Source: Anaerolineae bacterium (GTDB lineage: Bacteria > Chloroflexota > Anaerolineae > Aggregatilineales > Phototrophicaceae). From it: 64,000 nucleotides of DNA. The translations under genes were made by a program, and so were the position numbers. Within the stretch, counting starts at the first letter, position 1. Every line of letters starts with the position of its first letter. The stretch covers positions 224,044 to 288,043 of the forward strand of contig JALHNB010000002.1 of the NCBI GenBank assembly GCA_022843745.1, given 5' to 3'. Shown here one piece after another: positions 51,871 through 60,170 of this stretch. A model generated the notes under the pieces. The model ran no database searches. It had not been told where the DNA came from and saw only the letters and a list, made by a program, of their open reading frames with translations.

Positions 51871-52358
51871 GGTATGCGTGTAATCTCCCGCAGAGCTTCC
51901 GGTAAATGTGTTTTTATTGTGGTAACGAGTTCGGCGTGATTGCCGTTTGCCGTGTGCGGCGCGACGATCACACTCTTGACGAATGTTCCCGCCGCGCGTT
52001 CGATCATCCAGAAATCGAGGCCGTAGAGTGGCATTCCGGGCTGGTCTGGCATATGGTCGAAATGGTGTTTCTGTAGTGCCAGCATAAACGCCTCATAGCG
52101 CTCTAAATTGATGATGTGAACCAGTGGTTTGCTATGAAACATGCCCTCATAAACCAGCGATAAAACCGCCTGATTCAGACCATCTCGGCGTAACGTCGCC
52201 ACAGAATCGAGCGCTCGGCGGTCATGATGATAGATTGTCACCCGATAAACAGCACGGACACCCGGCTGACGTGCGAGTCGCTTCAGCGGCTCCAGCCCCA
52301 GATAGTCGGCAATCGCCCGCAGCGTGTAGGCCTGCTGTTCGGGGTGAGAATCACTCAT
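51867..52358 (-). CDS. Hypothetical 163-aa protein, translationally coupled (ATGA) to the CYTH gene
   Basis: Its stop overlaps the CYTH ATG. No recognised domain. Confidence 0.5.
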   Translation of the reverse strand: MSDSHPEQQAYTLRAIADYLGLEPLKRLARQPGVRAVYRVTIYHHDRRALDSVATLRRDGLNQAVLSLVYEGMFHSKPLVHIINLERYEAFMLALQKHHFDHMPDQPGMPLYGLDFWMIERAAGTFVKSVIVAPHTANGNHAELVTTIKTHLPEALREITRIP

Positions 52359-53386
52359 AGCTCAAGCACGACTTTGCCGAACACGTTGAAATCGGCCAGC
52401 AGGTCATAGGCTTTGCGAATCTCAGCTAAGGGCAGCATCTCGCCGACAACAGGTTTGAGCTTGCCCTCAAAGATCAGATTCATGACGCGAATATAATCCT
52501 GCTGTGTTCCCATTGTGCTGCCAATGATGCTGATCTGGCGTGAAAATACCTGCCGCAAGTCGAGATTTGAATTGTGACCGCTGGTATTGCCCACCACCAG
52601 TATACGCCCACCGATCCGCGCAGAACGCACACTATCGCTGAAGGTCGATTCGCCAACATTATCAATCACCACATCCACACCCTGCTTATGGGTCATACGG
52701 AAAATTTCGCGCGACCATTCCGGCGATTCCTGCCGATTGATGGTCACGTCCGCGCCGAGTTCGCTGGCTTTGGCACATTTTTCCGCGCTGCTGCCGATTA
52801 CATAAACTTTCGCGCCTGCGAATTTGGCGATCTGAATGCTGGCGCTGTTGACTCCGCCGCCCGCGCCGACGATCAAGACCGTTTCGCCTGGTCGCAGTCC
52901 GCCGCGCGTGATGAGCGAATGCCACGCCGTCAGATAGACTAATCCTGCCGAAGCCGCTTCTGGAAAGCTGACATTATCAGGAACTTTTAACAGGTTGCGT
53001 GCCGGTAGAACAGCATATTCCGCCGCGACACCCGGTACACTTTCGCCCAAAATGTGAATCCGCGTCTGATTTTCCAGACCACTCGGCGGCATGGGACTGT
53101 CCGGTGGGATAATCGTCGGGTTGATGCTGACACGATCTCCAGGTGCATAAGCAGTGACACCTGTACCAATTGCATCAACCACGCCTGCGCCGTCCGCACA
53201 GGCGATATGTGGCATCGCCAATTTTAAGCCCGGCCAGCCCTTGCGCACCCATAGATCGAGGCGATTGAGCGCAACTGCTTTCATGTTGATGCGAACTTCG
53301 CCTGCTCCCGGCTCAGGAATCGGCAAATCATCCGCGATGCCGACGACTTCCGGCCCGCCGTGCGCGAAAATAACACCAGCCCGCAT
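52355..53386 (-). CDS. Zinc-independent MDR-family NAD(P)H:quinone oxidoreductase / alcohol dehydrogenase-like
   Basis: Medium-chain reductase fold with Rossmann motif VLIVGAGGGVNSASIQIAK. Translationally coupled to the flanking genes. Confidence 0.8.
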   Translation of the reverse strand: MRAGVIFAHGGPEVVGIADDLPIPEPGAGEVRINMKAVALNRLDLWVRKGWPGLKLAMPHIACADGAGVVDAIGTGVTAYAPGDRVSINPTIIPPDSPMPPSGLENQTRIHILGESVPGVAAEYAVLPARNLLKVPDNVSFPEAASAGLVYLTAWHSLITRGGLRPGETVLIVGAGGGVNSASIQIAKFAGAKVYVIGSSAEKCAKASELGADVTINRQESPEWSREIFRMTHKQGVDVVIDNVGESTFSDSVRSARIGGRILVVGNTSGHNSNLDLRQVFSRQISIIGSTMGTQQDYIRVMNLIFEGKLKPVVGEMLPLAEIRKAYDLLADFNVFGKVVLEL

Positions 53387-54594
53387 CAGCGCAGCCCCAA
53401 TTCTTGACGCGCGATAACCATCCGCTGAATTTCGCTCGTACCTTCGTAGATGCGTGTGATACGAGCATCCCGATAATAACGCTCGATGGGTAACTCTTTG
53501 CTGTAGCCCATGCCGCCGTGAATCTGGACAGCTTCGTCGGTCACGAATGCAGCCGTCTCGCTGGCGAATAATTTTGCCATGCTTGCTTCCAGCGTATATC
53601 GTCCACCGTTGAGTTTGGTGCGTTCTTTGGCCTGCACCGCGTTATAAATGAGCAGGCGGCTGGCCTCGATGCGCGTTTTCATATCGGCTATTTTTTGCTG
53701 GATCATCTGGTTTTGACCGATAGGGCCGCCGAAAGCGATGCGTTCACGGGCATACTGTACGCTGGCTTCATAAGCAGCTTCGGCGATACCATGCGCCTGT
53801 GACGCGATTCCGATGCGCCCAGCGTCGAGCGCGGTCATGGCGATTTTAAAACCCTCGCCCACGCCGCCCAGAATATTTTCGACAGGGCATTCATAATTTT
53901 CGTAAACAATTTCGCTGGTGGCGCTGGCGCGGATGCCAAGTTTCGGTTCTTTTTTGCCGCGAATGAATCCTGGCAGAGTGGTGTCGATCAAAAACGCGGT
54001 GACACCTTTGTGCTTTTTCTCTGGCTCAGTCATGGTGAATAGAAGCACATAATCGGCAACAGGGCCACTCGTCACCCAGCTTTTGCGCCCGTTGATGACA
54101 TAATGCGTCCCGGCGGCGTTCAGGACGGCGCGGCTCTGCATCGTCCCAGCGTCGCTGCCAGACATCGGCTCAGTGAGGCTGTACGCGCCGATTTTTTCGC
54201 CGCTGGCAATCGGAGTCACGAAGGTGCGTTTTTGTTCTTCCGTGCCAAATTTCATGATCGCGTAGTTGTAGAGCGAATTATTCACGCTCACAATCGTGCT
54301 GTGGCTGGCATCAGCTTTCGCGATCTCGATCATCGCCAGTGCATAAGCCAGACTGTCCATACCCGCGCCGCTATATTCTTCCGGCACTTCGATACCCATC
54401 AAGCCCATCGCGCCTAATTTTTTAATCGTGTCCATCGGAAATTCGCCCGATTCGTCCAGTTCGGCGGCGATAGGGACGATCTCGTTTTGGGCAAAGCTGC
54501 GCACAGCGTCGCGCAACATGCGATGCTCGTCGGTCAATTGCAGGGTGATTGCCTGCTCACTAAAATCCGTTTGCGCTACCATCATATCCTCCAA
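53386..54594 (-). CDS. Acyl-CoA dehydrogenase
   Basis: Full ACAD three-domain architecture; C-terminal YEGTSEIQRMVIAR motif. Confidence 0.9.
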   Translation of the reverse strand: MEDMMVAQTDFSEQAITLQLTDEHRMLRDAVRSFAQNEIVPIAAELDESGEFPMDTIKKLGAMGLMGIEVPEEYSGAGMDSLAYALAMIEIAKADASHSTIVSVNNSLYNYAIMKFGTEEQKRTFVTPIASGEKIGAYSLTEPMSGSDAGTMQSRAVLNAAGTHYVINGRKSWVTSGPVADYVLLFTMTEPEKKHKGVTAFLIDTTLPGFIRGKKEPKLGIRASATSEIVYENYECPVENILGGVGEGFKIAMTALDAGRIGIASQAHGIAEAAYEASVQYARERIAFGGPIGQNQMIQQKIADMKTRIEASRLLIYNAVQAKERTKLNGGRYTLEASMAKLFASETAAFVTDEAVQIHGGMGYSKELPIERYYRDARITRIYEGTSEIQRMVIARQELGLR

Positions 54595-54700
54595 ACGGCG
54601 GCTCTTTTTGAGAAAAAATGAATTTCACATTTGATGGACTTCATTATATCATCTCGGAGAGTCGGATTGATCGTGTTTTTACAAAGCAAGGACAAAAACT

Positions 54701-55108
54701 ATGTCACAAATCAAAATTGATCACATCGCCGTCGTGGTGGACGATCTCCAATCGGCGCTGGGATTCTGGCAGGATGCGTTGGGTTTGGAACTCGGCGCTA
54801 TTGAGGATGTGAAAGAAGAGGCTGTCGAGGTCGCGTTTTTGACGGTGGGCAGCTCGCATATCGAACTTGTCAGGCCGACCACCGACGACAGCGGCATTGC
54901 CAAATATCTTGCCAAGCGTGGGGCGGGGGTGCACCATATCTGTCTCGCGGTTGAGGACATTGAATTGGCGATGGCAAAATTAGCGTCGTCGGGAATCGAA
55001 CTGATTAACGAGACACCGCGTACCAAAGCTAATGGCACACGCTATGCCTTTGTCCACCCTAAAAGTACCGGCGGCGTACTGGTGGAGTTGTATGAGGTGG
55101 CGAAATAG
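54701..55108 (+). CDS. mce: Methylmalonyl-CoA epimerase (VOC/glyoxalase-fold)
   Basis: 135 aa VOC protein with HIAVVVDDL...HIELV...GAGVHHICLAVEDI...GVLVELYE, typical of methylmalonyl-CoA epimerase. It is adjacent to the mutase/carboxylase genes. Confidence 0.8.
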   Translation: MSQIKIDHIAVVVDDLQSALGFWQDALGLELGAIEDVKEEAVEVAFLTVGSSHIELVRPTTDDSGIAKYLAKRGAGVHHICLAVEDIELAMAKLASSGIELINETPRTKANGTRYAFVHPKSTGGVLVELYEVAK

Positions 55109-55203
55109 CGGCTCAACGAGATCGCCTAATGCTGATGAATGCGTCCGGGGTAGGCGGTGGTACAATAGGGAAACACAGAAACACAGGAACACAGGGAAAG
55201 AGC

Positions 55204-56055
55204 ATGGATTCAAAGCCATATTCTGATGCTTACGTCCAACATCTAACACGTGGCCCATTTCCAGGGCGGGTTGATCCCTGGGCGGAGGCTGGACGCTATT
55301 TTCAACAGATTCACAGCGGTATTATCATTGATTTGATGAGCCAAATGGGTCCTGAACTCATCCAATTAGGCTATATTGCCAGTAAAGAAACCAGTTTACA
55401 AATTGTTGCCTTGCGAAAACCAGATGTATCCGTTCAGATTACACGTGAACAAATTGAGGAAAAGAAACATTTCGATTACGCTGAAGCCGCAACAGCAGTT
55501 CTTGCCGAGCCAGGGTTCGCTGTCGAAATTGAAACTTCTGAACTTGAGTCTATTTATATACGCACACTTGGCTCAAATATCCTAATCACAGTTATTGAGG
55601 TTATTTCGCCAAGAAATAAGACTCATTCTGCGGAGATGGAAACTTATCGTGACGAGCGAACTCAACTATTTCTTGACCAGGGTGTAAACGTAGTTGAAAT
55701 TGACCCCACTCGCTCGGTTAAACGTCTGTTCGAGCATACATTTACGCGCGTTTATCCTTATCATGTGGCTGTTTTTATGCCTGGTGAACATACACACATA
55801 ATTTTCAACAATTTAAATGAACCACTCAAGCGATGTGCTATACCTTTGCAAAGTGAAGTCATTGGCGTTGATGTACAACATGCTTACGATTTCGGCTATC
55901 AGGAGTCGTTTATAGCGCCACAACTTGAAAATGCGACAAACTATCACGAAGACGCTTTGCCCTTCCCCTCACTTTTGACAGATTCGCAACGCCAGTCCGC
56001 GCTGGAAGCTGTTGGCGAGTGGCACAAAATGCTCAAACAATTGAAGGAAGCTTGA
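55204..56055 (+). CDS. DUF4058-family protein, paralog of 46072-46962
   Basis: NILITVIEVISPRNK motif. Start placed at MDSKPY. Confidence 0.6.
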   Translation: MDSKPYSDAYVQHLTRGPFPGRVDPWAEAGRYFQQIHSGIIIDLMSQMGPELIQLGYIASKETSLQIVALRKPDVSVQITREQIEEKKHFDYAEAATAVLAEPGFAVEIETSELESIYIRTLGSNILITVIEVISPRNKTHSAEMETYRDERTQLFLDQGVNVVEIDPTRSVKRLFEHTFTRVYPYHVAVFMPGEHTHIIFNNLNEPLKRCAIPLQSEVIGVDVQHAYDFGYQESFIAPQLENATNYHEDALPFPSLLTDSQRQSALEAVGEWHKMLKQLKEA

Positions 56056-56056
56056 T

Positions 56057-57421
56057 TTGACATTACGACGATTCCCGATTTGGTTTACCCTCGTTCTCTT
56101 TTTTACTATTCCCGCCCTTGTTCTCGCTCAAGTTGATTCGTGTTCAGCCATCATCCGTGCGGCCATCGAGTCGGCACGGCTGGAATGTGCAGCTATTGTG
56201 CCGGGTGAAATTTGTTACGGCAGCGCACCTGTCGAAATTGACCCGCCGAACGATGATTTCAGTAGGCCGGGGCGCATCGAAAATATGAACGCGCTCACCA
56301 GCCTGAGTACCGGAGAACTCAATTCCAAAGCGGGAGAATGGGGACTGGCTGTGTCGCAAATTCAGTTCCAGGTGAACCCGCCCGCACAAGCGATGACCAT
56401 TGTCGCGTTTGGCGACACCACTATGGAAAATTTGAGTGAATCCCGCGCACCTGTGCTGACCGTTGATGTGCGGGTAACATTCGCGGCGGGGGCAAATGTA
56501 CGCGCAGAGCCAACCGAAGATTCCGAACTCGTCGCTCAGGTTACAGCCGGACAGATTATCCCGGCGACAGGGGTTTCCGACGATAACGCCTGGATTCGCT
56601 TATTTTTGCCGGATGGCGATACGGGTTGGGTGAGCGCCGATTTGGTTGACTCGTTGGGCGATCTCGATACGCTGCCTGTTGGCACTTCGCCAGATACGCT
56701 GCCGGAATCAATGGACGGCCCCTGGCAAATTTTTGAGCTTGAGTCCGGCACAAACGAAACGCTGTGCGACTATCAACCTGAAAGCGGGGTCGTCATTCAG
56801 GCCGCTGACAATGCAGGCGAGATCACTCTTGTGGTCAATGATGTGCGTATCAGATTTGCTGGGACGGTTTATTTGCAGGCCAAGCCGGAACTGGGTGTGA
56901 CAGCGCTGGAAGGCAATGTGCAAATCGAATCCGGCAGCGTATCAACAATCGTGGTTCCTGGTACACAGGTGCGCGTGCGTTATGATGCCCAACAGGGTAT
57001 TTTGACAACACCGCGAGACCCAGAGTATTACGAATACATCCGAATCCGTTCGCTGCCGTTGGCGTTATTGCCACGCGCGATTGAAGACAGCTTGACCTTT
57101 AATCTGCTGGATGTCGTGACACCCGCTGCACCCGCGCCTCTTGATGGAGTTAATGCGGAATCGCCGTGTACTATCGCCGCATTTAATGATGAAGGCCGTT
57201 TACGGGCTGGCCCAGGGCGCGAATATCCAATCGTTGGAGGGTTGCTCAACGGCGAATCCGCAAGCCCGGATGCACGTGCTACCGCGCTCGATGGTTCGCT
57301 CTGGTGGCGAATCCGTGAGGGGATGTGGGTACGTGTGGATGTGGTTTACGCCGCTGGCCAATGCACCGCGTCATTACCCATGTTGACTGAACTGCCGCCT
57401 GTGCCTGCCCAAAGCGAATAA
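56057..57421 (+). CDS. Secreted Cys-rich protein, third (diverged) member of the family at 19618-22003
   Basis: Signal peptide, then AQVDSCSAIIRAAIESARLECAAIVPGEICYG, collinear with the N-terminal module of the other two paralogs. Confidence 0.6.
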   Translation: MTLRRFPIWFTLVLFFTIPALVLAQVDSCSAIIRAAIESARLECAAIVPGEICYGSAPVEIDPPNDDFSRPGRIENMNALTSLSTGELNSKAGEWGLAVSQIQFQVNPPAQAMTIVAFGDTTMENLSESRAPVLTVDVRVTFAAGANVRAEPTEDSELVAQVTAGQIIPATGVSDDNAWIRLFLPDGDTGWVSADLVDSLGDLDTLPVGTSPDTLPESMDGPWQIFELESGTNETLCDYQPESGVVIQAADNAGEITLVVNDVRIRFAGTVYLQAKPELGVTALEGNVQIESGSVSTIVVPGTQVRVRYDAQQGILTTPRDPEYYEYIRIRSLPLALLPRAIEDSLTFNLLDVVTPAAPAPLDGVNAESPCTIAAFNDEGRLRAGPGREYPIVGGLLNGESASPDARATALDGSLWWRIREGMWVRVDVVYAAGQCTASLPMLTELPPVPAQSE

Positions 57422-57478
57422 AATAGTTGAACTATTGAGGACGCAGGGAAATTATAAAAATCTTTGCGTTCTCAGTGG

Positions 57479-58825
57479 TCAGTTTTGATTTTCTGGTTTT
57501 CCGGCAGCAGCCAGCAAACTCCAAAATAGAGTCTGGAATTGAAGTACCGCCCAGGGGTAGTGGTCGAGCAAACCAATAGCTGCCAATGCCATAAACCCGG
57601 CGAACAAAGCGACTCGTTCGATATATTCGTGTGATTGGCTTGAAGTGCGGACGACAGCCCACGCACCTGCAACCATCGCGCTTATCATCAAAATCAGCCC
57701 GATAATGCCGAGTTCTGCCCAGGCTGAGAGATAAATGTTATGGACGTTATCGCCACGCAGATCATAATCGGTGAACATCAGATAATAGCTGGCACGCCAG
57801 GGAAAATTGCCGATACCCAGACCTAAAACTGGCGTTTCGCGAATGCTCCGAAGGGCGAACTGCGTATAAACGGCGCGGTCACTGACAGAACGCAGTTCAA
57901 TGGATTCGGTGTTGATGCCTGCCCTCGCCAGCAGAAAATTCTGAAACAACAGCACGAACACGATGCCGACGACGAGCGCCATGCCCAACGTGAACAGGGG
58001 TTCGAGGCGCAAGAATCTTCGGCTTGAACCGGAATCTCGCCATGCCAGCACGAATATCACGACCAAACCAACCGCGAAGCCACCCCAGGCTGCGCGTGAA
58101 AATGTCAACAACAGCGCGAATAGCCCGCCGAGCGTGATGATTGTTCCCACAAACCATGTCATAGGGCGTTTTGAAAGTACCCACGTTGTCGCCGCCAAAA
58201 GGCCAACTATCAGGAAGCCTGCCAGCATATTCGGATGTGGCAGCAAACCATAAGGCCGTAACCAGCGTACATCGCCAGCTTGCACGATACTCGCTCCGTT
58301 GTCTGGCGCGATTCGAAATTCGCCAATGGCCTGCAAGCCGATTGAGCCTTGATTGGCGACCTGCAAAAATGTCAGGCCGCTGTTCCAAACGAGGCCGATG
58401 ATGAGCGCTATAACCAGAATGCGCCGTGATGGGGCTGCGCAGGCCACCACAATCGCAAACAAAATCGAAAGACTAAAGGGCAAGGCAGTTCCGGCTGTGA
58501 CTTCGGGGCGAAAATCGTGGGTATACGCCCACTGTGAGGAGAGCAATGCCCATATTGCGAACCCCAGCAGCATAAACATCCACCAGCGCCGCGTTCGGTC
58601 ACGCCATAAGTTCTTAATCCCTGGCAAACCCATGAGCAGCCACCAAACAACTGTCCACAGCATCGGCCAGAAAATCAGAAATCCGGTGCTGTAGAAGATA
58701 GTAAACGAACGCGGCGCACCGGGAAAGCGATACCACACCGGAATCAGCAAAAATGTTGCCAGAATCCCTGCATGAATGGGCAGCAAACGGATATTTAGAC
58801 GGCGAATGGTCATCAGGTATCTCAT
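57479..58825 (-). CDS. O-antigen ligase/polymerase-like (Wzy_C) membrane protein
   Basis: More than 10 TM helices with a large periplasmic loop, as in the O-antigen ligase family. Confidence 0.65.
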   Translation of the reverse strand: MRYLMTIRRLNIRLLPIHAGILATFLLIPVWYRFPGAPRSFTIFYSTGFLIFWPMLWTVVWWLLMGLPGIKNLWRDRTRRWWMFMLLGFAIWALLSSQWAYTHDFRPEVTAGTALPFSLSILFAIVVACAAPSRRILVIALIIGLVWNSGLTFLQVANQGSIGLQAIGEFRIAPDNGASIVQAGDVRWLRPYGLLPHPNMLAGFLIVGLLAATTWVLSKRPMTWFVGTIITLGGLFALLLTFSRAAWGGFAVGLVVIFVLAWRDSGSSRRFLRLEPLFTLGMALVVGIVFVLLFQNFLLARAGINTESIELRSVSDRAVYTQFALRSIRETPVLGLGIGNFPWRASYYLMFTDYDLRGDNVHNIYLSAWAELGIIGLILMISAMVAGAWAVVRTSSQSHEYIERVALFAGFMALAAIGLLDHYPWAVLQFQTLFWSLLAAAGKPENQN

Positions 58826-58882
58826 GTAAGTTGATCGTGACAATGGTAATGCAAAAAGCGAGTCCATGAAAGCGATGCGCTC

Positions 58883-58928
58883 TTGACATACCCCTGGGGG
58901 TATATTATTATAATACCCATAGGGGTAT
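58883..58928 (+). promoter_or_regulatory. Promoter plus two CsoR-type operators upstream of the csoR-cop operon
   Basis: TTGACA at 58883-58888; inverted repeats ATACCCCTGGGGGTAT (58888-58903) and ATACCCATAGGGGTAT (58913-58928) flank a TATAAT-like box. They resemble known GC-rich CsoR operators (TACCC-N-GGGGTA). Confidence 0.6.
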
Positions 58929-58948
58929 ATAGACAGCAGGAAAATTCA

Positions 58949-59227
58949 ATGACAACCGATCTCAAATGTGAGTACAACAAAAAAACTCTGCACCGAATTC
59001 ATCGTATTCAGGGGCAGCTTGCCGCCTTAGAAGCGATGATCGCTGCTGACGAAGGAACATGTCAGGATCGGGTGATCCAGGGACGGGCGATTGAAAAAGG
59101 GATGACCAGCCTGATTAGTCACATGGTTGAGTGCTACCTTGTCAATACCGCGCGTGATGAGATGACAGCCGACCCGGATAACGCCGTTCAGGAACTCTCG
59201 CGCATTTTTGATCTGCTTAATCACTAG
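58949..59227 (+). CDS. csoR: CsoR/RcnR-family metal-sensing transcriptional repressor
   Basis: 92 aa helical protein with the Cys-His-Cys metal-binding pattern (LKCEYNKKTL...ISHMVECY). It lies upstream of the Cu-ATPase. Confidence 0.8.
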   Translation: MTTDLKCEYNKKTLHRIHRIQGQLAALEAMIAADEGTCQDRVIQGRAIEKGMTSLISHMVECYLVNTARDEMTADPDNAVQELSRIFDLLNH

Positions 59228-59240
59228 AAGGCGAGTGTTC

Positions 59241-60119
59241 ATGATGAATCGTTTGACGCATTTAGTTGGGAAAGCTGCTTTAGCAGTTTCAATGAGTTTC
59301 TTGATACTGCTCATTAACCCGATTGTTTCGGGACTGCATGAGGATGAGAAAATGGAAAAATATCACGTTGAAATTGAAACTAATCCGGCTGAAGTGGAGG
59401 CTGGGGAATCATTTGAGCTAACACTGCGGATTTCAGATAGCGAGGATTCAAAACCCGTATCTGAATTTGACGAAGTGCATACCAAGCTGCTGCATCTGAT
59501 CGTGGTCAGCGAAGACTTGACGACCTTTCTGCATCTCCACCCAGATTATCAGGGCGATGGGGTGTTTATATTAGAAAATGCCACTCTGCCTGAAGCAGCG
59601 AACTACATCCTGTTTGCCGATTTCACGCCCACAGGTGACGAGCAGCAGGTCGTCCGTTTAGAGCTTTCGACGGCTGATGCTGAGGCAAGTTCGCCTCAAT
59701 TGGTTGCGGGTCGCAGAGAAGATCGCGTCGATGCGCTCCGTTTTCGGCTTGATGCGCTGGACGAGGTGAACGCCAATGAAGCAACAACTCTGAGTTTTCA
59801 TATCACGGATGCTGTAACTGGCGAACCGATTGATACGCTCGATGAATATTTAGGCGCTGCGGGGCATCTGGTGATTATCGACGAGGCAGGCGAGATTTAC
59901 CTGCATACGCACCCTGCTGGACACGATATGGCAGGAATGTCCGGGATGGAAATGTCCTATGGCCCGGATATTGAATTTATGACCGAATTTCCCGCGACTG
60001 GTCGATATGCCATGTGGTTGCAAGTGCAATACGAGGGTGAAATTTTCACCGCGCCGTTTGTAATTGATGTGGCTCACGAGGCCGAGGCGATGGCGACGCA
60101 AGAAGCACATCACCACTAA
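59241..60119 (+). CDS. Secreted His/Met-rich putative copper-binding protein
   Basis: Signal/TM anchor; HLHPDYQGDG and HTHPAGHDMAGMSGMEMS motifs; C-terminal HHH. It sits between csoR and copA. Confidence 0.55.
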   Translation: MMNRLTHLVGKAALAVSMSFLILLINPIVSGLHEDEKMEKYHVEIETNPAEVEAGESFELTLRISDSEDSKPVSEFDEVHTKLLHLIVVSEDLTTFLHLHPDYQGDGVFILENATLPEAANYILFADFTPTGDEQQVVRLELSTADAEASSPQLVAGRREDRVDALRFRLDALDEVNANEATTLSFHITDAVTGEPIDTLDEYLGAAGHLVIIDEAGEIYLHTHPAGHDMAGMSGMEMSYGPDIEFMTEFPATGRYAMWLQVQYEGEIFTAPFVIDVAHEAEAMATQEAHHH

Positions 60120-60170
60120 GGGGTAACGCGACCAAGAAGTGCATCAGTATGAGAGGTAACAGGTAACAAT

